From positions 2,431 through 66,430 of the forward strand of contig CAWGDD010000009.1 in NCBI GenBank assembly GCA_963821285.1: 64,000 nucleotides of DNA, read 5' to 3'. Under the pieces are notes generated by a model, which did no database searches, had not been told where the DNA came from, and worked only from the letters and a program-made list of their open reading frames with translations. This DNA comes from an uncultured Acidobacteriota bacterium. GTDB taxonomy: Bacteria > Acidobacteriota > Vicinamibacteria > Vicinamibacterales > CAVVIG01. This document shows, one piece after another, positions 8,522-17,631 of the stretch; position 1 is the stretch's first letter, and each line of letters starts with the position of its first letter. A program made the translations under genes and the position numbers.

Positions 8522-9736
8522 ATGCGCTCTCTCGCCTTCACGTTCCTGGCCGCGCTGCTCGCGGCCGCTCCTGCCGCGGCGCAGCCCGAAGCGATTGTGC
8601 CGTTTAAGGTTCAGATCCCAAACGCGGTGCTGAGCGATCTGAAGCAGCGCCTTGGACAAGCCCGGTTTCCCGACGAGCTGTCGGGCACGGGCTGGACGTA
8701 CGGCACCGACCTCGCCTATCTCCGGCAGCTCACCGCGTACTGGCGCGATCGCTACGACTGGCGGGCACAGGAGCGCCTTCTCAACGACCTGCCGCAGTTC
8801 AAAACCAGGATCGACGGCCTCGACATCCATTTCGTGCACTGGCGATCGAGCGTGCCCACCGCGATGCCGATCGTCATGATTCACGGCTGGCCCGGGTCGT
8901 TTCTTGAGTTCGTGAAGATCAGCGATCTGCTGGTGAATCCCGCCCGGCACGGCGGACGCGATGCGGACGCGTTTCACGTGGTGGCAGTGTCGCTCCCTGG
9001 CTACGGGTTTTCGGACAAGCCGCGCGAGCCGGGCTTCTCGCCGGAGCGGATGGGCGGCGTCGTCGCGACGCTGATGAAGCGCCTGGGGTACGAGCGCTAC
9101 GGCGTCCAGGGCGGCGACTGGGGATCGGTGGTCGGCCGAATGGCGGCGCTCAACGACGCACCGCACGTGGCCGGCCTGCACCTCAACTTCTGCACGGCCG
9201 GGGCCCCGCCGGGAACCGCCAACCCGAACGACGGCGTGCCGCCCGCCCAGCTGGCCCGGGTTCGCGAGCGTCAGGCCGCCATGCAGAACGAGCTGGCCTA
9301 CTTTCAGGTGCAGTCGACGAAGCCGCAGACGCTGGGCTACGGCCTGAACGATTCGCCGGTCGGCCTCGCCGCGTGGATCGTCGAGAAGTTCCGCGCGTGG
9401 TGCGATTGCGGGGGAGACGTGGAGCGGAAGTTCACCAAGGACGAGCTGCTGAACAACGTCATGCTCTACTGGGTGACGCAGACGATCACGTCCTCGACCC
9501 GGATCTATTTTGAGAACCGCGTGGCCCCCAACCCGCCTCGCAAGGTCGAAGTCCCCGTCGCCTGCGCGATATTCCCGAAGGACCTCCTCGTGTCGACCGA
9601 GCGCTGGATGTCAGCGCAGCACAATCTGGTCCGCTGGACCGAGATGCCGCGCGGCGGCCACTTCGCAGCGATGGAGGAGCCTGAGCTGCTGGCCGAGGAT
9701 GTGCGAACGTTCTTCCGCCCCCTCAGGCGGTTCTAA
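8522..9736 (+). CDS. Epoxide hydrolase (EHN N-terminal domain plus alpha/beta hydrolase), signal peptide
   Basis: FKVQIP...L.DLKQRL...RFPDE, FKTRIDGLDIHFVHWRS, HGWPGSFLEF, and nucleophile context GGDWGS. Confidence 0.85.
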   Translation: MRSLAFTFLAALLAAAPAAAQPEAIVPFKVQIPNAVLSDLKQRLGQARFPDELSGTGWTYGTDLAYLRQLTAYWRDRYDWRAQERLLNDLPQFKTRIDGLDIHFVHWRSSVPTAMPIVMIHGWPGSFLEFVKISDLLVNPARHGGRDADAFHVVAVSLPGYGFSDKPREPGFSPERMGGVVATLMKRLGYERYGVQGGDWGSVVGRMAALNDAPHVAGLHLNFCTAGAPPGTANPNDGVPPAQLARVRERQAAMQNELAYFQVQSTKPQTLGYGLNDSPVGLAAWIVEKFRAWCDCGGDVERKFTKDELLNNVMLYWVTQTITSSTRIYFENRVAPNPPRKVEVPVACAIFPKDLLVSTERWMSAQHNLVRWTEMPRGGHFAAMEEPELLAEDVRTFFRPLRRF

Positions 9737-9743
9737 GCGAAAG

Positions 9744-9798
9744 AGGCCTGCCCCTTTCTTAGAGGAGCAGGCCCCGTTTCGGCAGGCCTGAGGGCCTG
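9744..9798. repeat. Two REP-like GC hairpins (GGCCTGC...GCAGGCC and GCAGGCC-TGAG-GGCCTGC)
   Basis: Read directly, between convergent genes. Confidence 0.8.
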
Positions 9799-9804
9799 CA
9801 GTCT

Positions 9805-9846
9805 ACTTCTGACTTCTAACTTCTAACTTCTAACTTCCAAGTTCTG
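9805..9846 (+). repeat. Heptamer tandem array, 6 x ACTTCTA
   Basis: Read directly. It is the complement of the AGTTAGA arrays at 21173 and 61612. Confidence 0.95.
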
Positions 9847-9851
9847 CCAGC

Positions 9852-12800
9852 CTAGAAGGACCACTCCCCGTTCAGACGGAAGACGCGCGGGTTCATGTAG
9901 GTCGTCGGCTGCAGCCAGCCCGTCGTCGTCGGGGAGTACGTGTAGTTGTAGGCCAGCGTCACGCTGTTGTTCATCACGTTGTAGATGTCCACGCCGGCCG
10001 TCACGCGCTGACGGCCGAAGCGAAGGACCTTCTTGAACGACAGGTCGAGCTGACGGACGCGATCGCCGTATACCTGCCCCGGGGCAATCAGGTTGACCGT
10101 GATCGGCCCCGTCAGCGTCAACGGACGACCGATCTGCGCGGCGGCAGCTGCCTGGTCCGCCGCCGTGAGCGTGTAGTTGGCGGCGAACGAGCCGAGGAGC
10201 TGATCGGTCCCGTTGTTGACCTCGGGCTTGTCCTGGTACACGCCGCTGATAATCACATCGGCGCGCGGGATGATGTAGCTGGCCAGGCCGCGAAACGCGG
10301 TCTGGAACGGCGATGAGACGTTGCAGTATGGGTTGAGGATGAACGCCGTCGCCTCCGGAACCTGGGCGCGGACGTCGCACCAGTTGTTGGTCACCTTGCC
10401 GGTGCTCGTGCCGCCCGAGAAGGTGAAGCTCTTGAGCGAGCGCACATTGAACGTCACGTCCACGCCGTTGAACACGCGCGTGTCGTCGCCGACGTCGCTG
10501 GTGGACCTGAACAGCTGGTTCGGTACCCTGCTGAACGCCGCGGGCGTCAGGTTGTAGAACGGGCCCGCTTTGTAGCCGCCGCCACCAGGCAGACGCGGAT
10601 CGAGCGGCGCCGTCACGTAATACGCGCTGACGTCGCTCGGTGACACTGCGAGGTTGTCGGTCACGGTGCCGCCGCTCGTGAACTGGGTGAACGTGCGGCG
10701 GTAGTAGCCGACCTCCACGGACGCTCGGGCGACGAGTTGCTGCTGCACCGACACGCCGTACGACCAGTCGGACGGACGGACGCCGTAGCCGGAGAGCAGG
10801 CCCGGATCGAAATTCGTGCCCACGGTGTTCGTCTTGCCGAAGTCGAGGTTGTCGATCTGGCCGCAATTGTCGATGCTCCCGGTCGTCGCCGGGCCCTGTG
10901 CCAGCGGACTCTGGAGGTTGCAGTCCGGAACGAAGTTCCGGTTGTTATCCGTCCACGTGCGGCCCGTCGACGGGGCGAAAATGCCGCCAAACGTCGTGTT
11001 GCCGTTCGGGATCCGCAGTGCCGGGTTCGAGCCGTACGCCAGATTGCTGACGCTGGCACCCTGCAGGTACTTGCCGGCGTTCGCCTTCAGCGCCGTCTTG
11101 CCGTTGCCGAACAGATCGTAGGTGGCGCCGACGCGCGGGGTGATGTCGTTGTAGCCGGTCACGCCGTCGGCGCGGGCGAAGCTGGCGCCGGGGAAGAAGC
11201 GGCTCGAGGGCTCGGTCACGGCCGGGAACCAGCTCCACGGATGGTCGTACCGGATTGCGCCCTGCAGCGTCAGCCGCTTGAGCGTCCACTGGTCTTGTGC
11301 GTAGAACGAAGCGTCCGCCGCGCGCGCGTTCACGTTGTAGCCGTTGATGTACTCCGTGATCGAGTTCGGCGTGCCGCCAATGAACGTGTACTGCACGCTC
11401 TGGCTGTTGACGTACATCCCCCGGTCGTCCTTCCACCAGTAACCCTGGTACCCGAACTTCATGCTGTGCGAACCGGTCACGTAGGAGGCCGACCCCTGCC
11501 AGTTCACGGCGTTGGTGAAATTCTGATACCAGCTCTGCGACCGGTACGTCATGTTGCCCGTCACCGCGGGCGTCGTTGCCGTGGCCGGCACGAACACCTG
11601 TCCGATGTTGAACACGCGCGCGAGGTCGTGGGTGGGGTTGGGATCGCGTTCCTTGCCGGCCCACTGGTAGTAGCTGGTGCCGAACCCGGCCTCGAGGAGC
11701 AGCTTGTTGGTCATCGGCGACGTCCAGCGCACCTGCTGGACGCGCTGCGGGTTGAAATCGCCGAGGCCGTCCGCTTCGGGCGACGTGGTCGGAGACGGCG
11801 AGCCGCTGAACGAGGTCGCGCCCGTGCACTTGCGGCAGATGGGCTGCTCATCCCACACGAACGAGAACTTGTTGCGCGGGCTCGCCTGCCAGGTGATACG
11901 CGGCGTGTAGTTTTCCCAGGTGCGGTCGGAATAGGCGGGCTGGTTGTAGTCGCCCACCCAGGTCCACGCATCCGCCTTGCCCGCGTTCTGGTTGAAGAAC
12001 ATGTTCAGCGTGTTCTGCCGCGAACCCTGCTGCCGGACGCTCATGTAGTACCAGAGCGTGTCCTTGACGATAGGCCCGCCGACCGCGGCGTTGAAATCGT
12101 ACACGTGGTACACAGGATTCGGCTGCGTGACACCGCGTGACTGGAGATCAGGACCGAAGTTGCTCGACTGCATGCCCTTCCCGAATCCGGAGGCGAACAC
12201 GAGGCCCGACATCGTGTTGCCGCCCGACTTCGGGATGACGTTGACGGTGAGGCCGGCCGTCTCCAGTTCGCCGAGGCCGCCGGACGTGATCATCGACACT
12301 TCGGCCGCGTTGCCGATGTCCGCGACGTAGTTCGACGGCTGGTTGCCGCCGGGCGGGTTACCGATGTTCAGGCCATCGACCGTCAGCCGCGATTCGACGC
12401 CGCGGCCGCCGTGGATCGGGAAGATCGCGAAGACCGGACCGGAGTTGACGTTGTTGTTGTTGGGCAGCACTCCGGGAACGGCGGTCAGCAGGTAGCTGTA
12501 GCTGCGGACGCTCGGAAGGTTGCGCATGGTCTCGTTGTCGAGCGTGACTTCGCGCCTGGTGCTCTGCACGTCGACCACCGGCGTCTCACCGGTGACGGTG
12601 ACCGTCTCCGCGACGCCGCCGACTTTCAGGTCCGCGTCGATCTTGATGACGCCGGTACCTGAGAGCACCACTTCATCGCGCTTCGTGGTGGAGAACCCGG
12701 CGAGCGTGAACGTCACGGTGTATGTGCCCGGTTGCAGACTTTCGATGCGGTACTGTCCTGTGGCATCGCTGGTGGCCGTCCGGGACTTTTCAATCAGGAC

Positions 12801-12947
12801 AGGACTCGACGCTTCGACGGTCACACCGGGCAGCACGGCGCCGGAGGCGTCTTTGACGGTGCCTGCAAGGGTCGCCTGGGCCCACGCGGCCGACGGAGCG
12901 AGGCCGACACACGCCAGCAACGCCACGAGTCTTGCGATTCGCGCCAT
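9852..12947 (-). CDS. TonB-dependent receptor with N-terminal carboxypeptidase-regulatory-like domain
   Basis: 1031 aa. Signal peptide, then GTVKDASGAVLPGVTVEASSP...TGQYRIESLQPGTYTVTFTLAGF. The beta-barrel ends ...RLNGEWSF. Confidence 0.9.
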   Translation of the reverse strand: MARIARLVALLACVGLAPSAAWAQATLAGTVKDASGAVLPGVTVEASSPVLIEKSRTATSDATGQYRIESLQPGTYTVTFTLAGFSTTKRDEVVLSGTGVIKIDADLKVGGVAETVTVTGETPVVDVQSTRREVTLDNETMRNLPSVRSYSYLLTAVPGVLPNNNNVNSGPVFAIFPIHGGRGVESRLTVDGLNIGNPPGGNQPSNYVADIGNAAEVSMITSGGLGELETAGLTVNVIPKSGGNTMSGLVFASGFGKGMQSSNFGPDLQSRGVTQPNPVYHVYDFNAAVGGPIVKDTLWYYMSVRQQGSRQNTLNMFFNQNAGKADAWTWVGDYNQPAYSDRTWENYTPRITWQASPRNKFSFVWDEQPICRKCTGATSFSGSPSPTTSPEADGLGDFNPQRVQQVRWTSPMTNKLLLEAGFGTSYYQWAGKERDPNPTHDLARVFNIGQVFVPATATTPAVTGNMTYRSQSWYQNFTNAVNWQGSASYVTGSHSMKFGYQGYWWKDDRGMYVNSQSVQYTFIGGTPNSITEYINGYNVNARAADASFYAQDQWTLKRLTLQGAIRYDHPWSWFPAVTEPSSRFFPGASFARADGVTGYNDITPRVGATYDLFGNGKTALKANAGKYLQGASVSNLAYGSNPALRIPNGNTTFGGIFAPSTGRTWTDNNRNFVPDCNLQSPLAQGPATTGSIDNCGQIDNLDFGKTNTVGTNFDPGLLSGYGVRPSDWSYGVSVQQQLVARASVEVGYYRRTFTQFTSGGTVTDNLAVSPSDVSAYYVTAPLDPRLPGGGGYKAGPFYNLTPAAFSRVPNQLFRSTSDVGDDTRVFNGVDVTFNVRSLKSFTFSGGTSTGKVTNNWCDVRAQVPEATAFILNPYCNVSSPFQTAFRGLASYIIPRADVIISGVYQDKPEVNNGTDQLLGSFAANYTLTAADQAAAAAQIGRPLTLTGPITVNLIAPGQVYGDRVRQLDLSFKKVLRFGRQRVTAGVDIYNVMNNSVTLAYNYTYSPTTTGWLQPTTYMNPRVFRLNGEWSF

Positions 12948-13298
12948 ATCTATTCCCTTCCCTCTCTGGTTTTGCTTGAATTGATTACCACTGCTGATCT
13001 ACCTCAGACGGGTTAAGTGCAGTCCTAATCTACAAGACGTCAGCTCGAAATTCTGTAAGAAAAGGCTGCGTTTGAGGCGATCCAGGCCGTCGGATCCCAT
13101 TTCTTGGATCCCAGCTTGTGCATGGCCACTATACGCGGCCCGGCGTGCATTGCCCCGAAGCTGAGCAATCTTTTGGATCAGCGGCGGCATTTTTCCGGGC
13201 CGGCGGCGAATGCCTCTTGACGCCTACCACATCTGGGGCATATGTTCAGCCGCGCTACACGGCTGGATTGGTGTCTCGCGTCTTGGTGGAGGTCCGCA

Positions 13299-16200
13299 AT
13301 GCGTGGTCTGCGATTCCTGTTCGTCCTCGGGCTCCTCCTGCTGCTTCCCGCGGTCTCGCGGGCACAGTCGATCGCCGGTGTCGCGAAGGACACATCCGGC
13401 GCCGTGCTACCGGGCGTGACGGTTGAAGCCGCCAGCCCGGCGCTGATCGAAAAGGTCCGTTCGGTAACGACTGATACCAGTGGTCAGTACAAGATCGTCG
13501 ATCTGCGGCCCGGCACCTACACGGTCACCTTCACCTTGACCGGCTTCAGCGTCGTCAAGCGCGAGGGCATCGAGCTTGGCGGTTCCGGCACCGTCACGGT
13601 CAACGGAGACCTGAAGGTCGGCACGCTGCAAGAGACGATCACGGTGACGGGCGAGACGCCGATCGTGGACGTGCAGAACGCCGCGCGCCAGCAGGTGCTC
13701 GACGGCAATCTCGTTGCGAACACGCCGGCCGCGAAGAGCTGGAACGGCATCATGCTGCTCGTGCCCGGCGTGACGGGCGACCCGGGCACCGTGCAGCTCA
13801 CACCCGGGATGGTGCTGTTCGGCATCCACGGCGGGCCGGCCACGGAAGGCCGTCTCCAGGTGGACGGCATGAACGTCGGCGCGTCGCGCGGCGGCGGCGG
13901 CGTGTCGGGGTACTCCGTCGACACGGCGAACGTGCAGGAAGTGACGTTCCGCACGTCGGGCGGCCTGGGCGAGGCGGAAACCGGCGGGCCGTACATGAAC
14001 ATCGTGCCGAAGACAGGCGGCAACACGTTCAGGGGAACGGGCTCGTTCCAGTTCTCGAACTCCTCGCTGCAGAGCGACAACTACGACGACTTTCTGCGAA
14101 GCAAGTTGAACAAACCGAGTACGCTCCTCAGCCTGTATGACGTAGACGGCGCGCTCGGCGGGCCGATCAAGAAGGACAAGCTGTGGTTCTTCTACCTCGG
14201 CCGCACGTACGGCAACGGCACGTCGGTCACCGGCATGTTCGCCAACAAGAATGCGGGCAACCCGAACTCCTGGAGCTACACGCCCGATAACACGCTGCAG
14301 GCGCGCAACGACGGCTCGACGATTACGAATGGCGTGCGGCTGACGTGGCAAATCACCCAGAAGGGCAAGCTCAATCTGTTCTGGGACTCGCAACAGGGGT
14401 GCAACGGCTCGGCGTGGATCGGCACCACGGCCCAGGCCTGCCGGCAGAATCCCGACGGCTGGATTGAAGGCGGCACGTCGACCGTCGCGCCGGAAGGCCA
14501 GACGTATGGCAACACGGCGCCCCAGCGCATCCAGCAGGCCACCTACACGAACACGCTCAACAGCCGGATGCTGTTCGAGTTCGGGTACAGCGGCTACAAC
14601 AGCCGCTGGGGCGGACCTCAGGGCCCTGGCAACCCGACGCAGGACTTCATCCAGGTTCGCGAACAGGGTGGCTCCATTCCGGGGCTCTGCTATCGCTCGA
14701 TCAGCACGTTGTGCGGCACCGGTTTCCTGACGTCCACGGGGTGGATCTCGGCGAACACCTGGCACGCCAATCTGTCGTACGTGACCGGCTCGCACAACAT
14801 CAAGTTCGGATACAACGGTCTGTACGACTACGACAACCAGGATTCGAACTACGCCAACTCGCAGGCGATGGTCTACCAGTTCAACAACGGCACGCCGAAC
14901 CAGTTCTGGGAGCTCTCGGGGATCTTCAAGAGCCAGTGGCGCACGCGGTATGACGCGTTCTTCATCCAGGATTCGTGGACGCGCGACCGGCTGACGCTGC
15001 AGGCCGCCGTGCGCTACGAGCACGCCTGGAGCTACTACCCGGAGTCCTTCATCGGGGGGACGCGCTTCATCCCCTACTCGACGATTCCGGCAGCGGACGG
15101 CGCGAACTTCAACGACATCCTGCCGCGCGTCGGTGTCGCGTACGACCTCTTCGGCACCGGCAAGACGTCGGTGAAGGCCAACTGGGGGAAGTATGTCCAG
15201 CCGGCGCAGAACGCGGGCATCTATACCGGCGCGGCGCCGACGTCGACGATTGTGACGGCGGCTACGCGCAGCTGGACCGACGCGAACAAGAATTTCGTCG
15301 TGGACTGCAACCTGACCACGCCGGGCGCGTCGGACGCAACGGGCACCGGCGGCGACCGCTGCGGCGGCCTGAGCAACACCAACTTCGGCACGCTGACCCC
15401 GGGCTTCACGTACAGCAACCAGCTGATGACCGACCTGCGGCCGTGGGACTACCAGTTCGGCGTCGCCGTCCAGCAGCAGCTCACGTCACGCATTTCCGCC
15501 GAGGTGCAGTGGAACAAGCGGTGGTTCGACGGCTACTACGTGAGCCGCAACACCGCGATCAGCCCGTCTGACTGGCAGACCTTCAACGTGACGGCGCCGG
15601 TCGACTCCCGCCTGCCGGGTGGCGGCGGCTACACCGTGAGCGGCCTGCACGATATCGCCCCGACCCAGTTCGGGAAGGCGAACTATCAGATCCAGGCGGC
15701 CGGCAACTACGGCCTCGACTCGTCGTTCCAGCAATGGAGCGGCGTGGACGTGACGGTGGCGATGCGCTCGGCCAAGGGCCTCTCGTTCCAGGGCGGCACC
15801 AGCACGGGTGAGTACAACATGGACATCTGCAGCGCCTCCAATGCCGTGCCCGACGCGCTCCTCGCATCGCAGGCATTGGCCATCGGGGTGAGTGTCCCTG
15901 GTTTCAGCTCGTTCAATGGCGTCCTGCCGTTGACGCAGGCGGGCATGGCGCCTGGCCAGTACTGCAAGATATCCTCGGGCTTCCTCACGCAGTTCAGAGG
16001 GCTCGGATCGTATGCGGTGCCAAAGGTGGACGTCGAGGTCTCGGCGACCTACCAGAGCAAGCCGGGTGCGCTGCTGGCCGCCAACTACAACATGCCAGCG
16101 GCGCAGGTCGCACAGTACCTGGGTCGTCTGCCGTCAGGCGGGGTCGCGAATGTGTCGATGAATCTCGTCACGCCCGGCACGCTTTACGGTGACCGGATCA

Positions 16201-16403
16201 ACGAGCTCGATCTGCGGTTTACGAAGGTGCTCAAGTACGGCCGCACGCGGACGAAGATCAGCCTGGACATGTACAACGCGCTCAATTCGGCGCCGGTGCT
16301 GACCTACAACCAGACCTACAGCCCGACCACGACCACGTGGCTGACGCCGACGGCGGTGCTGGCGGCGAGGGTCATGAAGATCGGCGCGTCGATCGACTTT
16401 TAG
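13299..16403 (+). CDS. TonB-dependent receptor with N-terminal carboxypeptidase-regulatory-like domain
   Basis: Paralog of 9852-12947. MRGLRFLFVLGLLLLLPAVSRAQ signal peptide. GVAKDTSGAVLPGVTVEAASP...GQYKIVDLRPGTYTVTFTLTGF. Ends ...KIGASIDF. Confidence 0.9.
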   Translation: MRGLRFLFVLGLLLLLPAVSRAQSIAGVAKDTSGAVLPGVTVEAASPALIEKVRSVTTDTSGQYKIVDLRPGTYTVTFTLTGFSVVKREGIELGGSGTVTVNGDLKVGTLQETITVTGETPIVDVQNAARQQVLDGNLVANTPAAKSWNGIMLLVPGVTGDPGTVQLTPGMVLFGIHGGPATEGRLQVDGMNVGASRGGGGVSGYSVDTANVQEVTFRTSGGLGEAETGGPYMNIVPKTGGNTFRGTGSFQFSNSSLQSDNYDDFLRSKLNKPSTLLSLYDVDGALGGPIKKDKLWFFYLGRTYGNGTSVTGMFANKNAGNPNSWSYTPDNTLQARNDGSTITNGVRLTWQITQKGKLNLFWDSQQGCNGSAWIGTTAQACRQNPDGWIEGGTSTVAPEGQTYGNTAPQRIQQATYTNTLNSRMLFEFGYSGYNSRWGGPQGPGNPTQDFIQVREQGGSIPGLCYRSISTLCGTGFLTSTGWISANTWHANLSYVTGSHNIKFGYNGLYDYDNQDSNYANSQAMVYQFNNGTPNQFWELSGIFKSQWRTRYDAFFIQDSWTRDRLTLQAAVRYEHAWSYYPESFIGGTRFIPYSTIPAADGANFNDILPRVGVAYDLFGTGKTSVKANWGKYVQPAQNAGIYTGAAPTSTIVTAATRSWTDANKNFVVDCNLTTPGASDATGTGGDRCGGLSNTNFGTLTPGFTYSNQLMTDLRPWDYQFGVAVQQQLTSRISAEVQWNKRWFDGYYVSRNTAISPSDWQTFNVTAPVDSRLPGGGGYTVSGLHDIAPTQFGKANYQIQAAGNYGLDSSFQQWSGVDVTVAMRSAKGLSFQGGTSTGEYNMDICSASNAVPDALLASQALAIGVSVPGFSSFNGVLPLTQAGMAPGQYCKISSGFLTQFRGLGSYAVPKVDVEVSATYQSKPGALLAANYNMPAAQVAQYLGRLPSGGVANVSMNLVTPGTLYGDRINELDLRFTKVLKYGRTRTKISLDMYNALNSAPVLTYNQTYSPTTTTWLTPTAVLAARVMKIGASIDF

Positions 16404-16408
16404 ATAGA

Positions 16409-16492
16409 GCAAAGGGCAGAGGGCAAAAGGCAAAGGGGAAGAGTTCCCTTTGCCCTTCCCTTTGCCCTCTGCCCTTTGCCTTCTGCCCTTCT
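16409..16492. repeat. Inverted pair of heptamer arrays (AGGGCAR x4 / CTTTGCC-type x5) forming a long imperfect hairpin
   Basis: Left arm 16409-16443 and right arm 16446-16492 are largely complementary. It fills the gap between convergent genes. Confidence 0.9.
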
Positions 16493-17545
16493 TTATTCCT
16501 TTTCCTCCGCCCGCGCGCCGCTCAGGATGTGCTTCATCGCGTAGTTGCCTTCGTGGCACGCGTACTCGAACATTCCGTACTGAGGCTGTGACCTGAGCGG
16601 AAGGGTGACCGTCCACGGACGCGTCCACGTCGCCGGATCGTGCACCGTCGCCTGATACTGCAGCGTCGTCGCGTCGACCCTCGTGATGCGCTCCACGATC
16701 CGCATCTCCGGGCTCGTCGGCAGCGTGTTGCCGTTGCGGGTGATGCCGACTTTCCCGTTGAAGTTCGTCGATTCGATGACCAGCGTGTCGCCTTCCCAGC
16801 GACCCCGTGAATCCCCCATGTACGACCGGATCTTCGCGCCGACGTGCGGCCGGCCGTCGAGGGGAATGACGCGCGTCTCGTGGATCATCTCGTTGCGGAT
16901 GATGACGAATCCTGGAATCTGGAAGATCTGGTTGCCCATGTTGTAGCCCGTGGGCAGCATGGACGGGAGCAGCCCGCGCGTGATGCATCGATCGTAGGGC
17001 CCCAGATCCTCGAACGTGTCGAACGGGTGCGCCGTGACGGCGTCGGGGAAATCGAGGAAGTACGTGCTGTAGGCTTCCTTCGATCGGCGGACGCCGTCGG
17101 CGGTCATCGGCGGAAACCGGCCGTCAGGCGGATCGACGATGAGGGAGGCCTGCGGGGACGGCTTGCCGCGCTCGCCCCAGTGCGACGGTGGACCGGTTCC
17201 CGTGCCCCGGGGCGCACGCTGTGTGTTGACGACCGTCTCCGAGTCCACCTCCTCCTGACGCACGGTCTGAGCCTGCCGTTCCGCGAGCTCTTGAGGCGTC
17301 AGGGTCGCGCGCTCGCCGAACTGGGCCGGCCGCTCGTACGGCGTGCCCTGCATGTCGTTGGCGGGCCAGAGGCCCTGCAGATCCGGATCGCCCCAGGGCG
17401 TGCGGGGGACCGTCCAGGTCTTGCTGCTGCTGCCGGTGGTGGCCCGTGCCGGGCTGGTGCCGTTGGCCTGAGCCGCCGCGTCGGGCAGGCTCAGCGTCAG
17501 CGCGCCGAGAAACGTGGCCGCGACGACGATAATGTGGTGTTTCAT
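16493..17545 (-). CDS. Secreted protein of unknown function (WEGDTLV.E.TNF family)
   Basis: Signal peptide MKHHIIVVAATFLGALTLSLPDAAAQ. Shares motifs with the 17632-18510 product. No family name recognised. Confidence 0.6.
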   Translation of the reverse strand: MKHHIIVVAATFLGALTLSLPDAAAQANGTSPARATTGSSSKTWTVPRTPWGDPDLQGLWPANDMQGTPYERPAQFGERATLTPQELAERQAQTVRQEEVDSETVVNTQRAPRGTGTGPPSHWGERGKPSPQASLIVDPPDGRFPPMTADGVRRSKEAYSTYFLDFPDAVTAHPFDTFEDLGPYDRCITRGLLPSMLPTGYNMGNQIFQIPGFVIIRNEMIHETRVIPLDGRPHVGAKIRSYMGDSRGRWEGDTLVIESTNFNGKVGITRNGNTLPTSPEMRIVERITRVDATTLQYQATVHDPATWTRPWTVTLPLRSQPQYGMFEYACHEGNYAMKHILSGARAEEKE

Positions 17546-17551
17546 GGGCGG

Positions 17552-17580
17552 ATTGTTCCACCCGGCCTGTGTAGTGTCAA
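17552..17580 (-). promoter_or_regulatory. Candidate promoter: TTGACA(CTACACA...)-17 nt-AACAAT, ending 6 nt before the ATG at 17545 (possible leaderless mRNA)
   Basis: Minus strand reads TTGACA CTACACAGGCCGGGTGG AACAAT CCGCCC ATG. It contains the exact 13-mer TTGACACTACACA. Confidence 0.4.
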
Positions 17581-17631
17581 TAAACCTGTTGGTGTACGAT
17601 GACCCCGATTCCAGCCCGGGAGGCATGTACC

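Noticed and set aside
12948-13298. Low-GC 350-nt divergent region between the two receptor genes as a hidden small gene or ncRNA
   Set aside because: There is no ORF with a start and RBS, and no convincing conserved structure. TTGACG at 13217 and GCGCTACAC at 13252 suggest ordinary divergent promoters. The short GGATCCCA duplication (13091, 13106) is too weak to interpret.
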